Source: Steroidobacteraceae bacterium (GTDB lineage: Bacteria; Chloroflexota; Limnocylindria; QHBO01). Taken from it: a stretch of DNA of 64,000 nt. Positions 43,788 through 54,913 of this stretch are shown here, one piece after another. Location: contig JAICUY010000001.1 of assembly GCA_025935615.1 (NCBI GenBank), positions 688 through 64,687 on the forward strand, written 5' to 3'. How positions within the stretch are numbered: position 1 is the first letter of the stretch; each line of letters starts with the position of its first letter. Below the pieces are notes generated by a model that was not told the origin of the DNA, did no database searches, and saw only the letters and a program-made list of their open reading frames with translations. A program made the position numbers and the translations under genes.

Positions 43788-46241
43788 TCAGGGGGCCGGC
43801 TGTGTCGTCCCGTCGACGATCGTGATGCTCGAGTGCTCATTTCCGCAGTCACTCGTCACGTCGAGATGCGCGGAGTTGTTCGACTCGAAGACCGCAATCC
43901 AGTGGAACGTCGTGCCATCGTCCCCGTATGCCGTGGTGTTGCTCGTGCCCACCGTGTCAGACAGCGTGGTGTCGCCGAGATCGTCGGTGTCCGACACCGT
44001 CAGCGGTCCCTCTGAATAGTTGGCACTCGTCAGATCGCCGTTACCACAGGTGGAATCGTTGACCCACATGTAGAAGGTCACGTCACCGTCCAGGTCGCCG
44101 GCGCCCGCCGCCACGCTGATGGTGGCGGAATCGTTCGGGATGAAGTCCTGGGCAGTATCGAGGGTCGGCTGGAGCTGCTGGACCGTCACGTCCTCGTCAG
44201 TGTCGTCGCAGGCCGTGTTGTGATCCGTCCCCAGCGTGTTGAGCGTCGACCCGGGATCGTAGGTCGCCACCCAGTGATAATCACCTGGCAGGTCCGGCAC
44301 GAACCCGGAGGTCATGTAGTCGTCGTCACCCGTCACGTCCACTGACTCCGGATTGTCTCCGGTGCCGGTCGCCGAGGTTTCGCAGTCACCCGGGCCGAGC
44401 AGCTGGAACGAGATCGTTCCGCCGGCCGGGCTGTCCATGGTGGCATTGATGGTCGGATAGTCGGTATCCGTGCCATCGTCCCCCGGCTGATAGGCCGTCC
44501 CGCCCAGCGTTGCGCTGTCATAGACGGCGCCGCCGAATGGAACGTCATCGGTCAGGGCGACACCGTTCTCGTCGACGGCAACGGTGTCGAGATCGGGAGT
44601 GACCGGCAGGACCTCGAAGCACTCACCGAGGCTGCTGTCGGTCGCGTCGGGCACGCCCTCCGTATCGGAGGTGAACTCGCCACGCCAGCAGTACCGTCCG
44701 ACGGACGTCAGGTTCGCCGAGGCCGAGACAATCGGCTGGACGGTGTCCTGGTCCACGGCCTGCGAATCGACCGGGAAGCCACCGCTCTCACAGGTGTCCG
44801 GATCGTCGATCGGTCCGCAGAGGTAGAAGTCCAGCGTGCCGCTCCAGGTGCTCGTGCCGTTGATGTCCAGCGCCGCCGAATCGGTGACGTCGACACCAGC
44901 GGTGCCGGTCCCGATCTGAACGTCGGGCAGCCCGAGGTTGTCGCTGTCCGTATCGGTCAGCGCCGTGCCTGACCCATCGGCGGGCGTCGTCACCAGCTCG
45001 GAGCCGCAGGCCTCGAACTGGCCGAGCACGAAGTCCTTGAGCTGCGCGCCGACCTCCGGTGCCGAGCGGGTCTCTGCGAGGAAGCTCGAGAAACACCCCT
45101 CGAGGCCGATCGAGCTCAAATTGATGCCGCCCTCGACCAGGCCTCCACTCGGAATGAAGCCTCCGGCGCTGGCGCCCTTTGCCTTGTAGGCCCACGGCGA
45201 GGGGACGCTCGTGTTGTTCACGGTCCCGCAGCCGTTCTGTCCGGAGCCACCAGGGACGCAGTCGCCCATGGCACCCACCGGCCCGTTCAGCACGCCGTTG
45301 GTGTTGCCGCCGCTGCCCACCCACTCGAAGACGCGGATGTTGACGGTGGCGCCGCCCTGCGTGAACGTGCCGAGGATCAGGATGTCTCCGGGCGTATCGT
45401 CGCTTGGGTCGTTCGGCGTGCCGTTGCTGTCGTGGGCCGTGTGCATGCCACTGAACGTGCCGTCGCCTTCGAGGCTGACGGGCGAATGGAAGAACCAGAA
45501 GCCGAAGTCCTTGGCCCCATTGACCGCCAGGCGATCGGCGCCGAAGTACAGGAACTGGCTGCCGCCGGTGTCGTACTTGGCTGCGAAGGCGTCCAGGATC
45601 TCGTCGGCGTCAGGCACGGACGAGTCGGTGTAGCGCCAGTTCGGGATATCGAGGTCGTCCTTCGATCCACCGGTGGTGTAGACGCTGTGACCTTCGGGAT
45701 CGTGGATCCAGGCGCACTCGATGGCACCGATGTCGTTGCACTTGGTGTCCGCGTCGTCCTGGACCTCGCTGTACACCTGATCCCAGTCGTCGCCATCCGT
45801 GGTCGCGACCGTGATCTTGGTGATGTCGCCTTCGAAGCCCGAGGCGGCATGCGCGGCGGCGGTGGTGCTGTTCGCTCCGCGCGTCACGGCGTAGGTGCGC
45901 TTGTTGACGGTTCCCGACGGACAACCACCGGTTGCGCTTCCGCTGCCGGTGACCGCGGTCACGGTCATCTGCTCCGCGCCGATCTGGATCGTAAAGCTCG
46001 GTGGGGCGGACTGCGCAATGAGCTGGCAGGCCGTGAATGACGTCGCGGTCGCGGTGATGTTTCCGCTCAGCGCGCCGATGCGTTGCGTGGTGAGGTCATT
46101 GGTCGCGTTCTTGTCAAGCTCGAAATCGGTCTGCGTCAGGCCCTGGGCAACTGCGGCCAGCAGCAGCGTGAGCACCGCGACGCCGGCCGCCAGCGCACCC
46201 CAGCGCTGCTTGGCGCGGGGATTGGACGTGGAAAGTGTCAT
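43788..46241 (-). CDS. Large (817 aa) secreted Asp/Thr/Gly-rich protein with repeated Ig-like (prealbumin-like) modules; no recognisable anchor
   Basis: Signal peptide WGALAAGVAVLTLLLAAVAQG. Recurring module pattern ...P.LDT...D.AT(L/I)...G(T/D)(I/V)(S/T)F.L/M...C...Y.W.A.Y.... Confidence 0.68.
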   Translation of the reverse strand: MTLSTSNPRAKQRWGALAAGVAVLTLLLAAVAQGLTQTDFELDKNATNDLTTQRIGALSGNITATATSFTACQLIAQSAPPSFTIQIGAEQMTVTAVTGSGSATGGCPSGTVNKRTYAVTRGANSTTAAAHAASGFEGDITKITVATTDGDDWDQVYSEVQDDADTKCNDIGAIECAWIHDPEGHSVYTTGGSKDDLDIPNWRYTDSSVPDADEILDAFAAKYDTGGSQFLYFGADRLAVNGAKDFGFWFFHSPVSLEGDGTFSGMHTAHDSNGTPNDPSDDTPGDILILGTFTQGGATVNIRVFEWVGSGGNTNGVLNGPVGAMGDCVPGGSGQNGCGTVNNTSVPSPWAYKAKGASAGGFIPSGGLVEGGINLSSIGLEGCFSSFLAETRSAPEVGAQLKDFVLGQFEACGSELVTTPADGSGTALTDTDSDNLGLPDVQIGTGTAGVDVTDSAALDINGTSTWSGTLDFYLCGPIDDPDTCESGGFPVDSQAVDQDTVQPIVSASANLTSVGRYCWRGEFTSDTEGVPDATDSSLGECFEVLPVTPDLDTVAVDENGVALTDDVPFGGAVYDSATLGGTAYQPGDDGTDTDYPTINATMDSPAGGTISFQLLGPGDCETSATGTGDNPESVDVTGDDDYMTSGFVPDLPGDYHWVATYDPGSTLNTLGTDHNTACDDTDEDVTVQQLQPTLDTAQDFIPNDSATISVAAGAGDLDGDVTFYMWVNDSTCGNGDLTSANYSEGPLTVSDTDDLGDTTLSDTVGTSNTTAYGDDGTTFHWIAVFESNNSAHLDVTSDCGNEHSSITIVDGTTQPAP

Positions 46242-46611
46242 GCCCGTGTCTCCGATTCAGTGGATGGCATACATGGGCAGCAGACGACGAAATGCGATCT
46301 CGAAAGGCCTCTCATAACCCCTCTCGCGAGCAGCCGCTCTCGGTGCGGCATCCGGCCACGCAGTCACGCGCGGACATCACTCCCCGCCCAAGCGGGATGG
46401 CGCCATGCGGCGCGCCCGATCAGGGACGAATGAGTGCACTCAAGGGGCACGCGCGCACATGCAGATATGCAGGCGGGGCAGGCGCCGACCGAACGTAGCC
46501 GGTCACTACGTGCGCTGGCCGGGAGCGGGCAGCTCGGGAAGCCCGGGGAGGCGTAAGAAGAACCGGAGCGCGACCGTACGCCGGTCAGTTAGGTGGCGTC
46601 AATCCGTAGAA

Positions 46612-46956
46612 CTACGGATTTTGGGCACTCTGGACCAGAGAATTCAGGTCGCGCATCAGCCGGGAGCGAGCCCACATCGGCCCCAATCCGGCGGCTCGCG
46701 CTGCGGCGTGTGCGTCGAGATCGGTGTGCGGCCCGAAGAGCACGACCCGCGTCGCGGCATGGCCCCGCCAGGCGCGCAGGCGCGGTCCCCAATCGTCGCG
46801 GCGATCCCCCCAGTCCACCAGCAGCAGGTCGACCGATGCGGCATCGGGAAGCTCGTCCGGGCCGTCGATCCGGTGCACGTCAGCGCGCGCCTGTGAGGCA
46901 GCCTCGAGGATGCGACTGGCGGTGATCAGGTCACCGACCAGCGCCACGACCTTCAC
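46612..46956 (-). CDS. Hypothetical protein (about 115 aa), flavodoxin/receiver-like pattern, unknown function
   Basis: The GTG start overlaps the upstream stop (GTGA). The VKVVALVGDL...DLLLVDW...VVLFGPH pattern alternates beta and alpha elements. Confidence 0.45.
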   Translation of the reverse strand: MKVVALVGDLITASRILEAASQARADVHRIDGPDELPDAASVDLLLVDWGDRRDDWGPRLRAWRGHAATRVVLFGPHTDLDAHAAARAAGLGPMWARSRLMRDLNSLVQSAQNP

Positions 46957-47396
46957 TCCGGCCGACTGGTCGCCGCCGAATCGTCGAAGTGTGGCTCCCC
47001 ACCGGCGGCGAAGCCGTGATGCACGCCGTTGGCGCTGCCGTTGGCATACCCATTGGCGTGGTGCGCGAACCCATTCCCGTTCGGCGCCCCGTTGCCGACG
47101 GACTGGTCCTGGATGAAGCGCGCGATGCGCATCGGGTAGACCCCGATCACCACCGGAGCACGCACCTCGACCGACAGCTCGACGCCGATCTCGTCGCGCT
47201 CCCACAGGTCCTGGAGCTTCGAGGCCTCGCGCTCGGGAAGGCCGACGTAGGCGGTGGTGCCATTGCGCCGCATGCAGCAGATTGCATCCGGCTCATCCAG
47301 CACGAACCGACGCCGGAGCTCGGCGACAGTCACGTATGGGCGGGTCGTGATGAACCGGCGGAGACTCGAAGTGCTCGGCCGCTTGCTGGCACTCAT
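46953..47396 (-). CDS. Hypothetical protein with possible N-terminal winged-helix segment and Asn/Gly/His-rich C-terminal region
   Basis: Protein-like composition, with LRRFITTRPYVTVAELRRRF. Low-complexity GNGAPNGNGFAHHANGYANGSANGVHHG. Confidence 0.5.
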   Translation of the reverse strand: MSASKRPSTSSLRRFITTRPYVTVAELRRRFVLDEPDAICCMRRNGTTAYVGLPEREASKLQDLWERDEIGVELSVEVRAPVVIGVYPMRIARFIQDQSVGNGAPNGNGFAHHANGYANGSANGVHHGFAAGGEPHFDDSAATSRPE

Positions 47397-47454
47397 GGCT
47401 ATCCGACGAGTCTACCGCGCCAGCGCACCGAACGCAGGTCGGCGCCAGGCTCGA

Positions 47455-48384
47455 TCAGCCGCGCTCGCCGAAGACGCTGCGCAGCACGAACAGCACGTTG
47501 GCCGGCCGCTCGGCCAGGCGGCGCATGAAGTAGGGATACCACTCGGTGCCGTACGGAACGTAGATGCGCAGCCGGTAGCCCTGCTCCAGCAGCGCGCGCT
47601 GCAGGTCACGCCGAATGCCGTACAGCATCTGGAACTCGAACCGATCGCGGCCGATCCCGGACTCCTCGACGAACGAGCGCACCGCTTCGATCATCTCCGG
47701 ATCGTGGCTGGCGATGGCCGGGTAGGCATCGGCCTCCAGCAGCAGCTTCGCCATCTCCACGAAGGATTGACCGATGCGGCCGCGGTCGTGCCAGGCGATC
47801 TCGGCCGGCTCCGCGTACGCGCCCTTGCAGATCCGCACCCGGATCCCGGCCTGGGCCATGGCCCGCGCATCGGCCAGCGACCGATGCAGGTAGGCCTGCA
47901 GCACGACGCCGACGTCGCAGCCCTGGGCGTGCAGGCGCTGCGCGACCTCGAGGGTCCGATCGGTGTAGGCCGCCGACTCCATGTCGATGCGCACGAAGAT
48001 GGCATGTCGGGCACCGGCCTCGACCACCGGGGCGATGATTTCCAGGCAGGACTCGACCCCGAGGTCGAGGCCCATCTGGGTGAGCTTTAGGCTGACGTTG
48101 GCGTCGAGGCCCTCGGCGGCGATGCGCTCGATGGTGGCGACGTAGGCCGCCGCCGCCCGGTCCGCGGCGGCACGATCCTCGACGCTCTCGCCGAGCACGT
48201 CGAGCGTCGCCATCGCGCCGCTGCCGTTCAGGGTGCGCACGGCCTCGACTGCCTGGTCGAGCGTGGTGCCGGCCACGAAACGCAGCGCCACGCGGCGCAG
48301 GAGGGGCGTATGGAGCGCCAGCCACGCCACCCAGCCGAGGTGGCTGAGCCACAGGAAGAAGCCGCGCAGCGCCGACGCCAGCAT
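47455..48384 (-). CDS. Proline dehydrogenase (monofunctional PRODH)
   Basis: LDVLGESV, NVSLKLTQMG, RICKGAY and C-terminal YGTEWYPYFMRRLAERPANV. Confidence 0.85.
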   Translation of the reverse strand: MLASALRGFFLWLSHLGWVAWLALHTPLLRRVALRFVAGTTLDQAVEAVRTLNGSGAMATLDVLGESVEDRAAADRAAAAYVATIERIAAEGLDANVSLKLTQMGLDLGVESCLEIIAPVVEAGARHAIFVRIDMESAAYTDRTLEVAQRLHAQGCDVGVVLQAYLHRSLADARAMAQAGIRVRICKGAYAEPAEIAWHDRGRIGQSFVEMAKLLLEADAYPAIASHDPEMIEAVRSFVEESGIGRDRFEFQMLYGIRRDLQRALLEQGYRLRIYVPYGTEWYPYFMRRLAERPANVLFVLRSVFGERG

Positions 48385-48403
48385 CCGTGCGAGTGTACCG
48401 GCG

Positions 48404-48715
48404 TCAGCCCCGGCGACCGTGGCTCCAGCCGCGCGCCCGCTCGACGGCCGTGCGGATCAGCTCCCTGGTTGGCAACGGGCGGCGAAGGCGGAGGCCGACC
48501 GGTGCATCGGTCGGGTCGATCACGTCGATACCGTCGATCCGAATCGTGGGCGAGCCGGGGAAGTCGAGGAGGGCCGCATCCGCATCGCTGCCGACGGCGA
48601 TCATCTGGATCGGCGTTTCGAAGGCGTCCTCGGTGAGCACCTCGACGAGCCGCTGACGGAGGGTCATGTACTCCGGGTCGCGGTCCCAATAGAGGAGCTC
48701 TACCCGCATCGGCAT
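48404..48715 (-). CDS. Small thioredoxin-fold-like protein lacking the usual Cys motif
   Basis: Resembles, from memory, the 'LYFDGCPSH...FLGSPTVRVDG' family. Here it reads LLYWDRDPEY...FPGSPTIRIDG. Confidence 0.4.
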   Translation of the reverse strand: MPMRVELLYWDRDPEYMTLRQRLVEVLTEDAFETPIQMIAVGSDADAALLDFPGSPTIRIDGIDVIDPTDAPVGLRLRRPLPTRELIRTAVERARGWSHGRRG

Positions 48716-48751
48716 CGGTGACGAGTATGACCCGCCTAGACTTCGCAGGGC

Positions 48752-49999
48752 ATGCCTCCCGTCAGCCGCCGCGTGCCGCTCCTGGCGCTCTTCATCTCGA
48801 ACGCGATCAGCATGACCGGCAACGTCCTGACCCTGGTCGCCATCCCCTGGTTCGTGCTGCAGACCACCGGCAGCGCGGCCCTCACCGGCCTGGTCGCGTT
48901 CTTCACGACGCTGCCGGCGGTGATCGCCGCCTTTTTCGGCGGCGCGGTGGTCGACCGCCTCGGCTACCGGCGCATGAGCGTCGTATCGGATCTGGCCAGC
49001 GGCCTCTGCGTCGCTGCCATCCCGCTCCTGTTCGACACGGTCGGGCTCGATCTGTGGATGCTGCTTGCGCTCGTCTTCGCCGGTGCCCTTCTCGACGCGC
49101 CGGGCAGCACGGCGCGGTCCGCGATCCTTCCCGACCTCGCCGGCATGGCGGGCATGAGCCTGGAGCGGGCATCGGGAATCTCACAGGCCATCAGCCGCGG
49201 CTCGAGCCTGCTCGGGGCACCGCTGGCCGGCCTGCTCATCGTCCTGCTGGGAGCGAGCAACGTGCTGTGGGTCGATGCGGCCAGCTTCGGCGTCTCGGCG
49301 CTCATTGTCCGGCTGCTCATCCCACCGGCTGGGGCACGGGCCGAGGCCCACGGCAGCTACCTCGGCGAGCTGCGCGAGGGACTCGCCTTCATCGGCCGAG
49401 ACCGGCTGATCCTGGCGGTGGTGCTGACGGCCATGATCACCAACTTCCTGGACGCGCCGCTGTTCAGCGTCGTGCTGCCGATCTATGCCAGCCGCGTCTT
49501 CGGCAGCGCGCTGGACCTGGGCCTGGTCATCGGCGCCTTCGGTGGTGCGGCGCTCGTGAGCTCGGTCATCTTCGGAGCAGTCGGACACCGCCTGCCGCGG
49601 CGGCTCAGCTTCGGGATCGCCTTCGTCGTCGCCGGGCTGCCGTTCTGGGTCCTCGCCACGCTGCCGCCGCTGCCGGTGGTCATCGCCGCGGCCGCCGTCA
49701 CCGGACTGGCCGGCGGCCCCATCAACCCCATCCTCAGCACCGTCATCTACGAGCGGGTGCCGGCGCGCCTGCGCGGTCGGGTGATCGGCACCATTCGGTC
49801 CGGCGCCTACGTCGCGATCCCGGCCGGCGTGCTGATCGCGGGCCTGGTGGTGGAGGGGCTCGGCCTGCGCGGCGTGCTGCTGGCGATCGCGGCCGGCTAC
49901 CTGATCGTCACGCTGTCGATCTTCGTCAACCCGGCCATGCACGGGCTCGACCGCCGCTCACCGGTCGAGCCGGCCGGCCCGGTGGATCAGCCGGCGTAG
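48752..49999 (+). CDS. MFS transporter
   Basis: 415 aa with 12 predicted TM segments. Loop motif GGAVVDRLGYRR (MFS signature-like). Confidence 0.8.
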   Translation: MPPVSRRVPLLALFISNAISMTGNVLTLVAIPWFVLQTTGSAALTGLVAFFTTLPAVIAAFFGGAVVDRLGYRRMSVVSDLASGLCVAAIPLLFDTVGLDLWMLLALVFAGALLDAPGSTARSAILPDLAGMAGMSLERASGISQAISRGSSLLGAPLAGLLIVLLGASNVLWVDAASFGVSALIVRLLIPPAGARAEAHGSYLGELREGLAFIGRDRLILAVVLTAMITNFLDAPLFSVVLPIYASRVFGSALDLGLVIGAFGGAALVSSVIFGAVGHRLPRRLSFGIAFVVAGLPFWVLATLPPLPVVIAAAAVTGLAGGPINPILSTVIYERVPARLRGRVIGTIRSGAYVAIPAGVLIAGLVVEGLGLRGVLLAIAAGYLIVTLSIFVNPAMHGLDRRSPVEPAGPVDQPA

Positions 50000-50256
50000 G
50001 TGAAAAAGCCGACCAGGCAGAAGATCGCCACCACGCCCAACGCCACGCCCACGTAGACACGCCGGCGCTCCTCGCCGGTCATCCCCTCGCTCGGGCGGCC
50101 GGCTGCCGTCCGCGAACGACCCCGCCAGCCGAGGTAGCGCTCGGTGTTGGCGTCGACCCGATCCCGGAGCCGGTACTGCTGCCAGGCCGGCCAGCCGACC
50201 AGGTAGGCGGCCACACCCGCCGCGGCGGCGGCCAGCAGCCAGATCCAGGCGCTCAC
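49987..50256 (-). CDS. Small two-TM membrane protein
   Basis: Hydrophobic N- and C-terminal segments. Its start overlaps the pgl stop by 4 nt, making it the last gene of the PPP operon. Confidence 0.45.
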   Translation of the reverse strand: MSAWIWLLAAAAAGVAAYLVGWPAWQQYRLRDRVDANTERYLGWRGRSRTAAGRPSEGMTGEERRRVYVGVALGVVAIFCLVGFFTYAG

Positions 50257-50990
50257 GCCGGCGAGGGCGCTCCGGCGGCCGAGGCTGCGTCAACCAGCCA
50301 TTCGATGCGCTCGGCATCGACGCGGCCGGCCGGCAGGTCGCTGTCCCCTTCGCGCACCTGCCGGAGCGCCGATCGCTTGTCGGCGCCGGTCACCACGAAG
50401 ATCACCAACCGCGCTGCGTCGAGCACCGGGTAGGTGAAGGTCATGCGCCACGTCTCGAGCGACGGCGCCCAGTTGGGAACGACCCAGCGGTCGTCGACGT
50501 CGAGCGCCTCGCTCCCCGGAAAGAGCGATGCCGTGTGGCCGTCGGCGCCCATCCCCAGCCAGATCAGGTCGAAGCGCGGGGGCTGGTGGTCGGGCGGATG
50601 GAAGACGTGCTCCATCTCGGCGGCATAGGCACGGGCCGCGGCGTCGCGATCGGCGGCGTCGGCCGGCATGCGATGCACCCGCTCGTCGGCGATACCGGGA
50701 AGCCGCGACAGCAGCATCTGCCTGGCGACGCCGAAGTTGGACTCGGGGTCGTCGGGCGGCACCGAGCGGTCGTCGCCCCAGAACCACTCGACCCGATCCC
50801 ACTCGACCATCGCGAGCCGCGGCTCGACGGTGAGCAGCGGGTAGACCGCCTTCGGCGTCGATCCGCCGGAAAGCGCGACGCGGAACACGCCTCGCTCGCC
50901 GATCGCCGCCTGCGCTGCGCCGATCAGGCGGTCGGCGGCGGCCGCCGCCACGGCAGACACGTCGGGCAGCACGCGGAATTCGGTGGTCAT
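50253..50990 (-). CDS. pgl: 6-phosphogluconolactonase
   Basis: FRVALSGGSTPKAVYPLL and LGMGADGHTASLFPG. Confidence 0.87.
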   Translation of the reverse strand: MTTEFRVLPDVSAVAAAAADRLIGAAQAAIGERGVFRVALSGGSTPKAVYPLLTVEPRLAMVEWDRVEWFWGDDRSVPPDDPESNFGVARQMLLSRLPGIADERVHRMPADAADRDAAARAYAAEMEHVFHPPDHQPPRFDLIWLGMGADGHTASLFPGSEALDVDDRWVVPNWAPSLETWRMTFTYPVLDAARLVIFVVTGADKRSALRQVREGDSDLPAGRVDAERIEWLVDAASAAGAPSPA

Positions 50991-51006
50991 CGAACGATCT
51001 CCGGGC

Positions 51007-52259
51007 TCACGCGACGTCCTGGCTTGGCTGCGCGGCCGCCAGGAAGACCGCCGCGGCTCGGAGTGCCGCTTCGTACACCGGCTCGTTGCTCTCGGTGATG
51101 AGGTCGGAGCTGAGCAGGTCGGCCTCGGAGGGCTCGTCCATCGGCACCGTCCGCAGCAGCGCGGTCATGCCGTCGGCATTAGTGGCGACGGTCGCCTCGT
51201 CGTCGCGGTTGCGATCGATGATGAACTCGGCTGCGCCCGTCTCCCCGAGGGCACGCAGGTGCGCGTTGACCAGCTCGCCGGGCGTGAAGTCGTCGGTGGC
51301 GAGCGGCTCGATGAGCAGGTCGATCATCTCGTACCGCCCCTCGAGCCGCAGCCGCAATCGGCCGTCCTGCAGTTGCTCCATGGCGCGGTCGCGCCGCCAG
51401 CCGACCCGCGAGGCGAGCCAGCCGGCGTAGAGGAGCGCCTGGCTGATCGGCGATCGGATGCTCGGCTCCACGTCCGTGCGCTGCGCCCGCTTTCCCTCGG
51501 CTGGAACCGCGTAGCGCACCCACAGCCGGTTGAGGTTGGGAAGGTAGCGGCGGAACCGCGGTACGTCGAAGAACTCGGCGGTCAGCTCCTGCCACCAGCC
51601 GAGCCGGTCCCAGAGCAGGTCCCCCACCCCGCTGCGGCGGCGCAGGTTCGACAGGCGGCGGTAGCCGAGCAGCAGGTCGCTGAAGTCGGAGCTGTCGACG
51701 ATGAGCCGATCGGCGATGCTTACCAGCTGGTCGAAGACCGGATGGCCGAAGGGCGGATCGCCGGGCCACCAGACGTGGGTCGGCAGGTCGTGGATCAGCA
51801 GCGGCGCGACGATGCCGGACAGGTGGCGCGCCGCCTCGCCCCGCACGGTGAGCACGACCTCCTCGTAGCAGATGCGGTCCGTCTCGCCGCCCAGCGGGTG
51901 ACAGTGCGTGCTGATCCGCGCGTCGAGCGACGCGCCGCGCGCTTCGGGGTCGGCCACGAGCACGATGGCGCGAGATGGGTGCCGGATGCCGAGGTCCATC
52001 ATGGTGCGCACGACCCGGTCGGCCGCATCGGCATCGACAACCGTCACGATCAGGTTCAGGACCGATGCACGGGCGTGAGGCAGTCCCTTCTCAGTGATGA
52101 CGGCGTCCTCGCCGGACGCCTCCGGCGGCGTCCACAGCTCGGCGAGCTGCGCCTCGATGGCCGGCACGCTGGTATCGCGCGCCTCCCACACCGGCGTCGC
52201 CAGCGACGGCGCCTGGCCGAAGCGTTCCAGCTCGCGGACCACGTTCTCGTGGCCGCCGC

Positions 52260-52275
<16 letters not shown>
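51007..52275 (-). CDS. opcA: Glucose-6-phosphate dehydrogenase assembly protein OpcA
   Basis: Position directly after zwf, plus an OpcA-like sequence (LNLIVTV...DLPTHVWWPGDPPF). The start is either ATG 52275 or GTG 52263 (GTGA overlap with the zwf stop). Confidence 0.8.
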
Positions 52276-53885
<1,610 letters not shown>

Positions 53886-53888
53886 CGG

Positions 53889-54887
53889 CTAACCGCGGCT
53901 GCCGGTGGCAGTCGTCGCCGGGTGTCCGGCGTCCCCGCCGGCCTCGCCCTGCTCGACGGTCGAGGTCGGCGAGGCGGCCTTGATGGCGTGGCCGCCGAAC
54001 TCGTTCCGCAGCGCGGCGAGGACCCGGTCGCTGAACGAATCCGGAGCGCGTCGGCTGCGGAAGCGCTGCAGCAGACTGAGGGTGATGATCGGCGCAGGCA
54101 CGTCGTGCTCGATGGCGTCGAAGACCGTCCAGCGTCCCTCGCCCGAATCAGCCACCCAGCCGGCGATGTCGGCCAGGTCATTGCCCTCATTCTCGAAGGC
54201 GTTTCCGGCGAGCTCCAGCAGCCACGAGCGGATCACGCTGCCGTGGTTCCACATGCGCGCGATCGCGGCCAGATCGAGGTCGTACTCGGAGGCATGCAGG
54301 ATGTCGAAGCCCTCGCCGTAGGCCTGCATCACCCCGTACTCGATCCCGTTATGCACCATCTTGACGTAATGGCCCGCACCCGCCGGTCCGCAATACAGGT
54401 AGCCCGCCTCGGGTGCCAGTGTCTTGACCATCGGCTCGATGCGCTGGTACAGCTCCCGCTTGCCGCCGACCATGGTGCAGAAGCCGACCTCCAGCCCCCA
54501 CACCCCGCCCGAGACGCCGAAGTCGAGCCACTCGATGCCATGCTCGCCGAGCGCCGCCGCGCGCCGCTGCGAGTCGTGGAAGTTCGAGTTGCCGGCGTCG
54601 ATGACGACGTCCCCCGGCTCGAGCAGGCTCGCCAGCTGGTCGACCATGGCCTGCGTCGGATCGCCGGACGGGACGCTGATGAGGACGTGGCGCGGCGCGT
54701 CGAGCTTGCCGACGATGGTGTCGAGCGGCTCCGCCACAAAAATGCGGCCCTCGTTCTCGGGTTCGCCGGCGAGCTCGACGGCCACCGATTCGGTGCGATT
54801 CCAGACGACAACGTCGTGGCCACCGCGGGCCAGCCGACGAGCCATCCCGGCCCCCATCCGTCCCAGTCCACAGATCCCGATCTGCAT
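53889..54887 (-). CDS. gnd: 6-phosphogluconate dehydrogenase, decarboxylating (short Gnd-like type)
   Basis: MQIGICGLGRMGAGMARRL Rossmann start, GHYVKMVHNGIEYG. The upstream 66 aa of the track ORF are Arg/Pro-rich and unlikely to be coding. Confidence 0.85.
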   Translation of the reverse strand: MQIGICGLGRMGAGMARRLARGGHDVVVWNRTESVAVELAGEPENEGRIFVAEPLDTIVGKLDAPRHVLISVPSGDPTQAMVDQLASLLEPGDVVIDAGNSNFHDSQRRAAALGEHGIEWLDFGVSGGVWGLEVGFCTMVGGKRELYQRIEPMVKTLAPEAGYLYCGPAGAGHYVKMVHNGIEYGVMQAYGEGFDILHASEYDLDLAAIARMWNHGSVIRSWLLELAGNAFENEGNDLADIAGWVADSGEGRWTVFDAIEHDVPAPIITLSLLQRFRSRRAPDSFSDRVLAALRNEFGGHAIKAASPTSTVEQGEAGGDAGHPATTATGSRG

Positions 54888-54913
54888 GCGTTTCCTTTCT
54901 TGGCGTGATCCGC

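Noticed and set aside
46601-46620. Hairpin aatccgta-gaac-tacggatt at the end of the 46612 gene, considered as a terminator.
   Set aside because: It spans the stop codon, has an AT-rich 8-bp stem and no U-tract on the transcribed strand, so support is insufficient.
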